Below are positions 25,479-37,047 of a stretch of 64,000 nt of DNA, one piece after another. Positions within the stretch are counted from its first letter, which is position 1. Each line of letters opens with the position of its first letter. The translations under genes and the position numbers were made by a program. Source of the stretch: Elsinoe ampelina (lineage: Eukaryota); NCBI GenBank assembly GCA_010093995.1, contig ML992513.1, forward strand, positions 1 through 64,000. Reading direction: 5' to 3'. Under the pieces are notes generated by a model that was not told where the DNA came from, did not search any database, and saw only the letters and a list, made by a program, of their open reading frames with translations.

Positions 25479-26546
25479 TATATAAGAGAGAAACATAATA
25501 AGGTTAATATTATACTCGAAATAGAAGAGGGTAAATATAGCTATAACATATAAGCTATAGCTGTCTAGAATAAGAAGGCGTCGATAGCTGTCGATATTAC
25601 ATATTTCGGGCTTAAACACTGTTAATAACTACTTAAAACTATACGCGTTACTTGTCTAGCCTTTATTTAATATTAAGAATTACTATCTAGCTAGCTACGG
25701 GTCTAGAATCTACTACGTTATAAGGTGTTTAGCCTTATAAATAACAAGGAAGAGAAGTATATCTCTAGAGACTTATATATACTCTAGAATTAATATTTAC
25801 TCTTATTAGCTAATAATATATTTTCTAGTCTTCTTTTAGTAGTAGTTGTTTTTAGTAGTAACTAGTACACGTGTTAACTATGTTATTTTAACTATATAAC
25901 CTACCGTGTCGAGGTTATAGATATTAGTTAGTAGATAGTTATAATATTTAAACAAGTTAGATAATATATTAAAGAATAACGTAATAGCCTTATATATTCT
26001 AGCCTTTATACATAGCAATTCTAGCTACTATAACTAAAGGCTTTATAGTTGTAGATGTCGTTTCTATAGCTAGAATAGCTAGTTCTTACTAATAGGCTAT
26101 AATAGAGATATTAGAAGTATATTATCTAAAACATGTACTTAGTAATAGATTATCTTAATAATAAGCTCTAGTGTAAAGTATAGCGTTATAGGCGTTTCTA
26201 AGCTATCGAGCTAGTTAAGATAGTTAATAAGTACTTCTTCTTTAGCTAGTAATAGTAATTAATATAGTAGATTCTTTATAGTCTATAATTATTATTCTTA
26301 TAATTAGCTAATAAGCATTATAGGTAGAATCTTATATACGTTAGTAGCCTTATAGATTAAGTTAAATTTATCGTGCTAATAGTTATAGATAGCCGCCTAA
26401 ATGTTAGCCTTAGTATATATAATAAATTAGAAATAATTCTAATATTTATTACGTAAGAAAGAAGAATAGTTACAAAGTACACATATAAAAAAAGAAGAAG
26501 TATAAACTATTTATAGAGATAAACTACTCGTAGGTAAGTTATATTA

Positions 26547-26673
26547 TTATCTATACTATCGAATTCTAAGGACGAACTAGCCTAATTTAATAGAGCAATT
26601 AATTAATTTACCTCGTTAATGCCTTTTTATATAACTAGATTATAGAAGTAACTAGATTATAGAGAAATAACGT
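26547..26673 (+). mobile_element. 3' terminus and TIR of the subfamily A element
   Basis: rc ACGTTATTTCTCTATAATCTAGTTAC is the RIPed form of ACGTCATTCCCCCACGATCCGGTCAC. Confidence 0.85.
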
Positions 26674-27208
26674 TAGATTATTAATAGAGAATAGAATAAT
26701 AGCTATATAGTATAATATCTAACGTAGACTTATTAAGAGACAAAAAGGGAAAAAAGTATAAGTTAGAAAGTATTTATTAAGTTATTTCTCTTATTAGAAT
26801 CGATCTTAGAAGTGATTTTGTCTCGGATATAGATATAACAGAAAGAGAGACATAATATAACTTAGAGAGAAGCAATTAGGAAGAGAGCGCTTAGTAGAAT
26901 AGTTAATAGCTAAGAGTGTTTAACTAAGTTACCTTATAGATCGAAGTAGTTATATAACTTTAATAAATAGTATAGTGCTAAGTAATTAACTTAAGAGTCC
27001 GGGTCTAATCTTCTATAATTAAACTTAGTAATAAGTTATAATAGCGACCTTTTAAAACTATAACTAATAAGCTAAGACATAAGATGTCCTAAGTTACTTT
27101 AAGTTAATAAAGGTAATTTAGTAGTAACTAAGTTATAAGTATACTATAAGAGTTATAGTAGAGAATAGTACAATAACCTAGAGATGATATAGTTAATAAA
27201 AGATAGTA

Positions 27209-27941
27209 ATGTAATTTACCTACGAGTAGTTTATCTCTATAAGCAGTTTATAAAATTAGCTTTTTTTACTATTTTAGTAATATCTCTACGAACTATAGCT
27301 ATAATAGCTTAAAATCTAGTATAGACCTAGTAGGATACTAGAACTATAAGTTATATTAAGACACTATATAAACCTTGATAGTACTAATAAAATATAGATT
27401 TTTATATTTCTAAATTTTTTTACTAATTTTCTTAATAGATATTAAAACAAATAAGGTAATCTAGAATATTTACTACATTTAGTTAGTTATAAGGTAGATA
27501 GTAGTAATATTAAGCTCTTATAGTAGCTTAGTCTAAAAATTAGCTTAAGAACTTAAAAACTTCTATTTTTAGGTGAAATTTTGCTAAAAGCTAGATTATC
27601 TCTTAATAGAGATAAATTTAAGACTAGAATAAAATAATATAATATAGATTTTAGTAGTAGCTTTATAATATCTTTTAAATTTCTTATAATAAACCTCTTA
27701 AAGCTAATATATAGCTAATTTAAGTTATAAAATCTAGATTTTTTAATATCTAGTTATTAGTTGTAGCTAAGCTTCTATAATAATTAAATTAATAATATGT
27801 ATAGATCTATAGAGCATCTAGCATTATATATGAAATTAGGCTAGAATATTAAGGCTTTATAGAGATATTACTAAAAAGGTAAAAAAAAAGCTAATTATGT
27901 AAACCGCTCGTGGGGACGAACCGCTCGTGGGTGAATTACGT
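27209..27941. mobile_element. Second MITE copy, inverted relative to 7603-8334; marks the AT/GC boundary
   Basis: Same TIRs, interior and length (733 bp); TA-flanked. Confidence 0.92.
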
Positions 27942-27942
27942 T

Positions 27943-28032
27943 ACGGTGTGAGATGGTACGGTGCGAGATGATTACGGTGCAAGATAGTACGGTGCGAGAT
28001 GGTACGGTGCGAGATGGTATGGTGGGCGATGG
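27943..28032. repeat. 15-bp minisatellite (ACGGTGCGAGATGGT), ~6 copies
   Basis: Directly visible tandem units with few substitutions. Confidence 0.9.
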
Positions 28033-29816
28033 TAAGTTATGGTAGGCGATGTATGCCAGGAGATGATGAACTAGGTCATGGTGGGAGACCGAAAGCGCCC
28101 TGTGAAGAGATTAGCGACGCATAGGACGAAGGAAGTGAAGGCGAAAGGTATGGATATACTGTGTGATAGGAATTACAAGTGAAAGGACACAGACCTGCAC
28201 GTAGAAGGCTGAGCATGTGAAGAGCGATATCTGGGTTGAGTCCTTTGAATCTGTGACGCTGATGCCAGCCATGGATCAAGCGGGATAGGATATGGGGAAC
28301 GTTCGGACCATCGAAGTGGATTGCAGGAGTTCCATGACCTATCAGATCGTGGCTGGTCCTCCAGCTAAGACATGGCACAATCGAAACCCTCTCCAAGGTG
28401 AGATCTGTGTCGCCATCGTAAAAGAACAGTCAGGGAAGAAGCATGGAACGTCGAGCTACAAGCAGACGTCAACTAGCGGAGGTAATGCCCGTGCGGATCT
28501 GCGTATAGCAGACTGGGAAGTTATGCATGACCATGTGATTTTCAGGCCGTGGCACCGATTTCGGCAATACGGCTTAGGGGGGCACCTATACAGCTGCCGC
28601 AGTTGTGTGCCAGACTCAAGGAACCGCGGTGGAGTGGCGTCGACGGTAACGGCCAACATGACGGGACTCTGGGGTTGAAAACTCCGTCCTGGAAGTATGG
28701 AGCGATCAATGACCGAACCATGTCCGCAGGCCGTGGACGGCCTATTCAAGGAGACCGACAGGTGCTAGTTCAGCCCTGTCAATCGAGTCAACGGAAGCTT
28801 AGGAGGGACAGACTATGGGACACAGAGTTTCACGGCGATAATATCACCTTACCCTGGGATGAAACACGGCTCTTGGATCGTGGAAATCTGCCTCGTCGCT
28901 TATGCATACCTCACACACGTTGGAGACGTTGGGAATACACTCGATGCGTTGTGGCCAGTGGCGTCCCACGGCCGATAGCGTTGAAATCGCCATGATCGTC
29001 AACAGCAAGGCTCCCCATCACTGCGGGAGTAAGCAGGAAGAGGAATGCGTGTAGAAATCGTCGAAAGAAGACGGGAATGAGGTCGATCTGAAGACAAGGG
29101 ACGAGGTGAAGTCGAGCAGGGAGGAGGTGAGTGGGGCGGAGAAAGATCTGGGGAAGCGTGATCAAAATGACAGGCAAAACGCTTGACCTTCCCCTTTCGT
29201 ACTTTCCTTCTCCCAGTCACATGGGAAATACATTGTGCATTACTGTACAGTAGCTCGACCGTCCGCCACCACGTTGGGTACCAGTCTTGTAAAAGCATGG
29301 TATCGTTGACAAGCAACGTAGGTCGTGGTTGTTGCACATCGAAACCACGTCTTTCCTCCAACTTAAGCGGCCTTGCCGAGCTCTATCGGGATCACACCGT
29401 TATGTTGGGGGGGTTGGTGTGCTCGCAAATGTACCTCGCCCTATTACCGCTCGCCAGGGACTGGTGGTATACCAAGGACAAGTCGATAGAGACGTTGTAG
29501 CGGGAACCGGCCCATGGAGAATTCCAGCGCGTGGTCTCGTTGCGTGGTCGATATGGTTGGACAGAGCCTCGCCCATCGTGGCCATCTTCGCGGTTGTACC
29601 GTTAGCACCCTAGTTGGCCCCATCCTCATGTCAGACATTGATCGTCATTCGTCTATCGACAGGTGGAGTATACTGCCGAGCACCGTCTTATATCATCACT
29701 GGCCCTACCCGCCTCGCTGATTTGGGTAATCGTTTCAAGTCGCACTTGTCCACCATCGCTCTTTACCCATTCACAGTTATTCATAAACTCTGTGATCGAT
29801 AGACAAGACCGCAGAC

Positions 29817-31362
29817 ATGGGTGCTGTTGGAACTCAGTCGCCTGTAGTAGGCGCCGCATCGCAGTTGAAGACGACACAGGCCAAGCGGCCATTCACTAAG
29901 GTAGGCGCAGTTCGAGGTCTCGATAAATACCGCACAGCTAACGTTGTTCAGGACTTCAAGAGTCTATTTGCCATGTTGATGATCAACCTTTTCAGCCTTC
30001 GACCGGATTTGCAAGGAAAGGCGCGATACAGCTTCACATCACAGGAGGCCATTATTCGGCTACAAAAGCTGCAATTCTCCCGCAATGCTTCAGTACCGGG
30101 ATCCACCTCAAACACGATTACGACGACCACATACAGCATGAGTGAGCTCTTCGCGACGCAGATGTGGGAGTGGTATGCGGAGGCACGATTTGTCGAGCAA
30201 CTCACCGCTGGCGGCTACTTCACCAGCGCAAAATCCACATGGCAGTTGACCCGGAAGGGCATTCGAGTACTTTCGAGATTCGTCCTGAGCAATGGAGTGA
30301 ATGAGGAGGCTGTCACAGAGTTGTTACAACATGAACGATATATGCTTCCTCTCGTCATCCTTGAGAGGGACGACAAGACGGACAAGATCTTCACTGATCG
30401 GACAACCACCGAGCTCATCTTCCGTCGCTTCGCAGGCGCGCGTCCAAACACGAAAGATGTCTCGAACAAGGTCTCGGCCGCGTCCACGGACTCCAATATT
30501 CTTGCAGGCATCCCTGTCACTGTCACTCCCCGCTCGCCCCCAGCCAATTCGCTTTACCAGTTCAATGGCCATGCTTGTCTGGACTGGATCCTCGACAATT
30601 GTATGGTGACCAGTGAGCAGGAGGCCCTCGCGATTGCCAACTTGTTTCTCAGGCATGGCCTCATCTCTGCAGAGCAAGAGAAGGAAGACTTTGAATTAGG
30701 CACTCTCAGTGGCTTCTCTGCTCGGACGAGCGCGATATATAGGATCACAGATCGAGGTCTCGACTCGACCATTTGGGAGCTCAGCCCAAGGCAAAGCATG
30801 GATACGTCGAGGGGCACCCACTCACGGGAAGCCCAGTCCAACTCGGACAAGCTGCTATTTATCCTCGGAGACCCCGCCCTCCGACTCGTCTTCCGAGAGT
30901 TCCTCGACTTGAGACAGTGCGAAGAGAACCTCACCTTCTACTATGAAGTCAAGGAAGTCATGGAGACCTGGGCATCCATCAAGTCAGCACCAGAGGCACA
31001 GATGGAGACTGTCATCGCTTCAGTCCACAGTCTGTACAATGCATTCCTCGTCGACAACGCAGTGTCAGAGGTCAATCTCGGATCCAGATTGCGCAAGGAC
31101 CTCCAGGCCTCGGTTTGCGACCTCTTCCAGACTCCGGATGAGAAGGCAACTCTTCTACGTGCGACACTCGACCTGTTCCTTGCCGCACAAGATAGTATCT
31201 TCGGCCTCATGGCATCGGTAGGTTTCACTCGTCACAAATATTCATGCATTCATACTGACATGATTCCAGGACTGCGTTCCACTCTTCTTGCAACAACAGG
31301 GTAATGACAGGCTGTATATGGACCGATCTGTGCAACGCGGTATCACCCTGCAGGCGCATTGA
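29817..31362 (+). CDS. Regulator of G-protein signalling, FlbA/Sst2-like (DEP-DEP-RGS); introns 29901-29951 and 31218-31269
   Basis: RPFTK|DFKSLFA, TTTTTYSM, WQLTRKG, FRRFAG, DPALRLVFREFL..CEENLTFY, SEVNL, LMAS|DCVPLF; canonical splice sites. Confidence 0.9.
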
Positions 31363-31811
31363 TCGAAATTCGATTTTGCTATCATCGTTCTTGCCACGTT
31401 CTAAGCGTCATATCATCATCGGGAGGGGAGAGGCTTCTCCACAGGCTGTATACCAATGCACTTTTGTATTACTATCACAAGATGTATTTATTGCTCATGG
31501 AGCTACAATATCCTCATCGTCTATTCCCAAATTCATCGCCCCACGACCCTTACCAAGCTTCCAAAGCTTTCTATCTACTACTTCACATTTTGACACACAG
31601 GTAGTTCTACCTGGCCTTGTTCTAGACATACGGAGTCCTCTTGAGCTGAAGGTACTTGCTGACTGCGGATCGGTCGACTCCTGAGCAGCCCGTACATCTC
31701 TCCGAGCCGTCCTGTCCTGACCAGACCGGACTTCTCAAGCTGGCGAATACTGTCGGATCACTTCCATCCTGCACATCTCAAATATCGACAGGCTCTCCAA
31801 AGTCTGCAACC

Positions 31812-32843
31812 TCATACTTTCCCCAACAACCCCATCAACTCATCCTTCCTCTCTTTCCCACACCAACTCCCCTCGATCGCCCACCTACATATCCCGACCC
31901 ACTCCTCCCTGTTCAGCCCAAACGCCTCCTGCACTGCTTTGTAACTATCCAAGATGTAACCTCCAAGATACTCCGGATCATCACTGTTCACACTAAACCT
32001 CACGCCTGTGTCCAGGAACTTCCTGATCGGCAACTCCTCCACCTTCCCCACGCACCGCAGTGCGACATTACTCAACGGACACATCGTCACCAGCACCTCC
32101 TCCCTCGCCAACCTCTCCATCAGTGCTGCGTCATCCCCCGCGCGGATCCCGTGGTCGATGCGCTCACATCCCAGCAAGTCAAGGCACTTGATCACATTCT
32201 CCGCGGGTCCCTCCTCACCCGCATGAGCCGTAACGCGAAGTCCCATCTCCCTAGCATCCTTGTAGATCTGAACGAACAGTTCCGGCGGAAACCCATTCTC
32301 ACTACTATCAAGACCAATGCCGACAAAATCCTTACTCTGCACCGCCGCGATAAAGTCCGGGTGATGCAGCGTCTCCAGCGCCGACGCCACGGGGAGATGC
32401 CGCAGGAAACAAGGAATCAGCAGCGTGGACATGCCCAATTCGCGATGGGCGCGGGCGCAAGCGGCTTTGATGCCTGCGACGACGGTGGGGAGGGGGATGG
32501 AGCGGGTGGTGTGGGCTTGAGGGTCGAAGAAGATTTCGGCGTGGTGCACGCCCTGGGAATGGGCTTTGAGGAGGTAAGACCAGGTGAGGAGTTCAAAGTC
32601 GGCGGCGTGGATGAGCGTGTCCATGCCGCGGTAGTAGTAGGCGAGGAAGTCGTCGAGGGAGGTGAATTGTTTGTAGCGGGCGGTCAGGGTGTCGATGGAG
32701 GTGTAGGCGGGGTCGTCGGTGGGGAGGGGGATGGAGTTGCGTTTTGCGAGGGTGAAGAGGTCGGTCGGGGAGAGGGTGCCTTCGATGTGCAGGTGGTGTT
32801 CGCATTTTGGCAGTGCCGTGAGGAAGGCGTCGTCGACGGACAT
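31812..32843 (-). CDS. AAH1: Adenine deaminase (ADA/AMP deaminase family)
   Basis: LPKCEHHLHIEGTL, EIFFDPQAH, TAHAGEEG, RIDHG, CPLSN, NSDDPEY; 343 aa, no introns. Confidence 0.95.
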   Translation of the reverse strand: MSVDDAFLTALPKCEHHLHIEGTLSPTDLFTLAKRNSIPLPTDDPAYTSIDTLTARYKQFTSLDDFLAYYYRGMDTLIHAADFELLTWSYLLKAHSQGVHHAEIFFDPQAHTTRSIPLPTVVAGIKAACARAHRELGMSTLLIPCFLRHLPVASALETLHHPDFIAAVQSKDFVGIGLDSSENGFPPELFVQIYKDAREMGLRVTAHAGEEGPAENVIKCLDLLGCERIDHGIRAGDDAALMERLAREEVLVTMCPLSNVALRCVGKVEELPIRKFLDTGVRFSVNSDDPEYLGGYILDSYKAVQEAFGLNREEWVGICRWAIEGSWCGKERKDELMGLLGKV

Positions 32844-33841
32844 GTTTGATGATTGAACTGTTGGATCTTTTGCTGCAGATTCTATGATGTGGGAGGAAAT
32901 GGGTTATAAATGTGTACTTCGGTAATTCCCTTGAAGAGCTCTTTCGAAATTTTGAGACTGATCCACATGCGATACAGGGTGGCGGCGAGCTCCGATAAGC
33001 CTTGTCACTTACCTGGTGCAAAACGAGTTGATGAGTTTTCGCAAGAAGCGGGAGACCTCCTTGAAGATACATGTGCTGTTTCCAGCCGTATCCTCGCCCG
33101 ACACAGCCACGCAAGAATGATGTCGAGGTCGACTTCCTTTCATCAGGCCCGATGTCCCGTGACCTTGGCAGGCTCGGGTGGGGCCGAGAGGAGCTTACGT
33201 AAGCACAAGAGAAACGGGCGGGAGCCTTGGCCCGATTGCCGCAGGAGAAAACTGTTTCTCTATTGCTCAATCTCGCTTGCGCCACCGCAACGACTGTCTA
33301 TATCTGTACTATATTGACGACCTGTCGCGAACGCCACAGATCATGTATCGATACTGGCCCGTGTTCAATACACGGCGCGTAAGCGAAGAGCCTGGAGAGG
33401 TAAGGACAAGACGTAGCAGCACACACCAATTACGGCGACAGCAAGCTTCACAATACATGGTCACGACCACAGTGACATGTCAGAACAGCACCTGGCGTAC
33501 CATCGACTCCTATATTGATGGCCCAGACCGAAGGCAGGTCTCGACTAGTCGATCTTCCACATTCCTCACCATGCCGTATCTACCACAAGAATATGCCGCG
33601 GCCAGATCAAAGTCCGCTCGACGACCGTTAGATGCTCATCCATGCCAACATCAACGGCCAGGCAAGGTCAGACAAGGCCCTTCAACCGTCTGCCAGTCAA
33701 CCTTGTTGACCTTATTTTTTCCTTGTCTTCTGCACGAACCCTTGCTGCATACCATAGCTGTCAATGACAAGACTTATCCCCTGTCACGACCCACGACAGG
33801 AGGCAGCTCGATGAAGCGACCACAGGAACTAAGGGGGAAGC

Positions 33842-35174
33842 ATGCTGCCAGACCCTTCGGTCTACGTGACCAACGCGACTTCGCCATACTTTCAGTACCC
33901 GTACAGTCTATCGCACGTTCTCCCAATCTTCGGGAAAGGCCTGTATGCGCCAAGTGTGTGTGGTCTACTTTCGGCGACATCATGTCTGACATACATGGTC
34001 TTGATTTCGAAGAGATTGTTCCGATCTAGGAAGACCCTTCAAGACTACTTCACTTATGTATGGCAGCCCGCCTCGAAGTGTTAGTTTCAGCTGACCCTCA
34101 CAGAACCAATACCTTGTTCTACTGAACAACTTGCTCTGTGCTGAGACAATACAAGGGGCAGCCTGGTCCATTTCATTCCACTGGATACGGTTAGATGCAG
34201 TCCTTGCACCCTCAAAGACATGCTTGGTCCAAGGTATACTTGTCAACCTCGGGGACGTAGCATCCAGTTTCTTCATTCTGTCCATCGCTGCACATACTTT
34301 ATATGCTTCGGTATCTGGGCACCGAGTTGGGGTGCGCCCTTTTATTGCGACTGTGTGCGGAGCCTGGATCCTCGCTTGGTTCGTCTCGATCATTGGTCCC
34401 CTTTATTTCGGCCGCACATTCATTACGGCGGTCGGCGGTTACTGTTGGATCAATCCTAATTACACGCGAGAGAGACTGGCACTGCGCTTCTTCTGGATCT
34501 TCTTGACGCAATTCAGCAGCTTGTGCATCTATGCCGCCATTCTCATCAGCATTAGAGCAACCATGAAGGAGGTAAAGAATGCCTCGACTCTTCAGCCTTC
34601 GGGTACTCACAAGAAACTCGACCGGGTTGCAAGATTCATGGCCATCTACCCATTATCATACATTATTCTCACCCTCCCCATTTCCGCTTTGAGGATGTGG
34701 AATCTGGCACACCCACAGACACCGCCTCCACACAAGGTTCTCCTGGCCTCAACTACCATGCTTGCCTCGTGCGGATGGGTTGATGCTCTGCTATACACCT
34801 ATTCACGCCGACACATCTCGGAGACTCGGACAGGATCAGATCCAACAGCCAGCCAAAGTGCAAGAACAATCCGGCAGCGCATATCAACAATGGTAAGCAA
34901 CACCTTACGAAGCCCGGCGAATGAACGACTCCCATCAGGCGAGACTCCACCAATTCCAGAATCAGTCCGCAGTTCTGGGATCTTCATCAAGCAGTCGATC
35001 GAAGTGCACGTCGAGGATAGAGGGAGCAGTCGGAACTTTAGCGGTGGAGGCTTCGAGGCTATCGAAGAAGCACATGAAGGTAGAGACGGTAATGAAGGGA
35101 GGGACAATGCAGGGAGGGACATTGAACAAGGCTATCCAATGCAGACAGGGGATAAAGGCAAAAGCACGACATGA
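33842..35174 (+). CDS. 7-TM GPCR, Git3/Gpr1 (GprC/D)-like; intron 34058-34103
   Basis: Spliced Y|NQYLVLLNNLLCAE; CLVQG, GGYCWI, FMAIYPLSYIILTLP, GWVDALLY; seven hydrophobic segments. Confidence 0.85.
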
Positions 35175-35562
35175 TACCACGGATACCATTTAGCTAATGT
35201 TTATTTCTCATGACACTTTCACTACTACTCATTTCGCTCCTCTTTTCCCTTCCTCATCAGGCCAGAAAGTAGGCATTCGATGCTGACCTAGCAGACTTAC
35301 CTTTCAACGCCGCCGCTCCGTAGCTTAGCCACGGAAGTCACAATCCCTCTCAGCCACTGATCACCACGTTTACCATGATACCGGGAAGGCACTACCAAGA
35401 TCACCCTACAATGTTGCCCAAGAGAGGGAAGCACCGACCAAGAAGCTACTCACCACCCTCGCCACCACCTATCATCCAACCACGCTCCCTACACAACCCA
35501 ATCACATCCCAACACACCACCTCCTCCAATCATAGTCCCCAGCCTGGAACCAAAACTTCCCC

Positions 35563-36799
35563 ATGGCCGCATCCCACCCCCTGACCTTTCGCACCGTAGA
35601 CCCCTCCCCCTTTCCGACCCACCAGCACACCGTCCCTTTCCACTTCAACTGGCGCCACCCCCACCGGCACCACTTCCCTTTCCCCACAGCCCCCAAATCC
35701 TCCCCGCCACTATCCCCCACGTCCGATTCGGGCATCATCCCCTTCCCACGCTTCGGGTCGCCCGACGGAGACTGTGGCTTTGGAGCTGAAGACACCGAGC
35801 CAGCTAGACGAGAGGGTGGAGGACGAGAGGTGGCGGTGGCCCAGCTTGGTGGTCCGGTTGGGGCAAGCGATGCAGTTGAGGAGGAGGGAGAAGGAGAAGG
35901 GGGAGAAGGGGGAGAAGGGGGAGGTGGACATGGGGGTGAGGTGGAGGGACGAGGAAGGGGGGAGGAGGTAGAGGGAGGAGAGGGGGAAGGGGGGGGAGAT
36001 GTGGTGGGGGCAGGAAGAAGAGTGGGGAGGATGGAAAGAGATGGAGGAGAGGAGGAGGAGGAGGAGGAGGAGCAGTACGCTGGAGATCGCTCGTTTTCCG
36101 TCTCGTCGGATCTGGAAGGGGCGGATCATGTGGCGTTCAAGTCTTCGTTGAGCGGCGCTTTGGGACAAGAATGTCAATGTCCCGATGGACTTGGTGGGGT
36201 AGAAGAGTGTCTGGTCGCTAGAGGCATTGGAGACAAAGGTGATGCGGCTGAAGCGGATCGCGCGGAGCCGGAGAAGGTTCGGGGTCTCGAGATCGAGATG
36301 GCGGAGGTGAGGCACCTCATGGATGAGCTGATGGCGCGGGCAGAGGAGTTGATGCGACTGTGTGAGCTCGGCTTGGAAGATACTGGAGAAGTGGGAGGAG
36401 GACCTGGGTTGCGTCTGCGGGATCTGGAGACGAGGTTCCAAGGCGGGTCGGCTGAAACGATGGAGAAGGTCGCTCGTTGCGAGATTGCAAAGAGTGGAGA
36501 AGAAGGACAACGAATTATCTACGAAGGAGAAGGAGTTGGACGAGAAGAAGGCTGATCTGGTGGAGCGAGAGCAACGAGTGGATTGGGAAGAGATCGAGCT
36601 GAGGAAGAAGTTTTACTGGGTAGAGTGGAACGAGGCCGAGTTGGCTATGAAGCAAGATGCTACCGCGACCATGGAGAGCGATATTGTTAGAAGGGACGGC
36701 GGCGGAGACGTGGTCGACGAGGGTAAGGGGATGTACTGCAAGGAGCCTGTGCTGGTGCAGGACTCCTGGAAGAGCGAACAAGGCAGACTGGCTTGCTAG
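35563..36799 (+). CDS. Hypothetical low-complexity/coiled-coil protein; gene model uncertain (frame change near 36362-36470)
   Basis: 330-aa ORF from an ATG overlaps a second frame with heptad-like KEKELDEKKADLVEREQR; a GTGAG donor at 36362 could join them. Confidence 0.4.
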
Positions 36800-37047
36800 G
36801 CTTATTACACCAGGATGAGGGTAGAAGTTCAAACAGTTTTTAATTCGCCATGAGCGACGACGAGCTCGCATCTCAGATGCCCGGGCCGTAGTAGTATTCC
36901 AGATCTGTCTATGATACATACGCCTCTCCGGCGAACAAATTCCAGAATACATGCTTTTCGCGCCTGTCGCTTTTCATCAGTCGTAGCCAAAGTCCTTGAT
37001 GGGTATTACAGAGATCCAGACACTTCCTTCTCGTATCCGCAAAGCGC

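Larger units (their letters stand above)
15176..26544 (-). mobile_element. Full-length subfamily C Fot1-like element carrying nested hAT and subfamily E insertions
   Basis: C-type TIRs at both ends with TA duplication; RIPed start codon at 26420; transposase pieces 26420-25481, 23614-22989 and 15348-15260 are colinear. Confidence 0.88.

Noticed and set aside
5347..27941. Short direct repeats at element ends resembling CRISPR repeats
   Set aside because: Only two units per end, inside TA-flanked TIRs, with no spacers, in a eukaryotic context.
1..27941. Calling the AT-rich block a centromere
   Set aside because: Compatible with one but not demonstrable from sequence; needs CenH3 ChIP or Hi-C.
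28076..29800. Several 60-150 aa ORFs
   Set aside because: No recognisable motifs, codon bias or consistent splice structure; treated as the upstream region of the RGS gene.
31656..32849. 397-aa + strand ORF
   Set aside because: Antisense shadow of AAH1; the same applies to most short overlapping ORFs in the GC-rich half.
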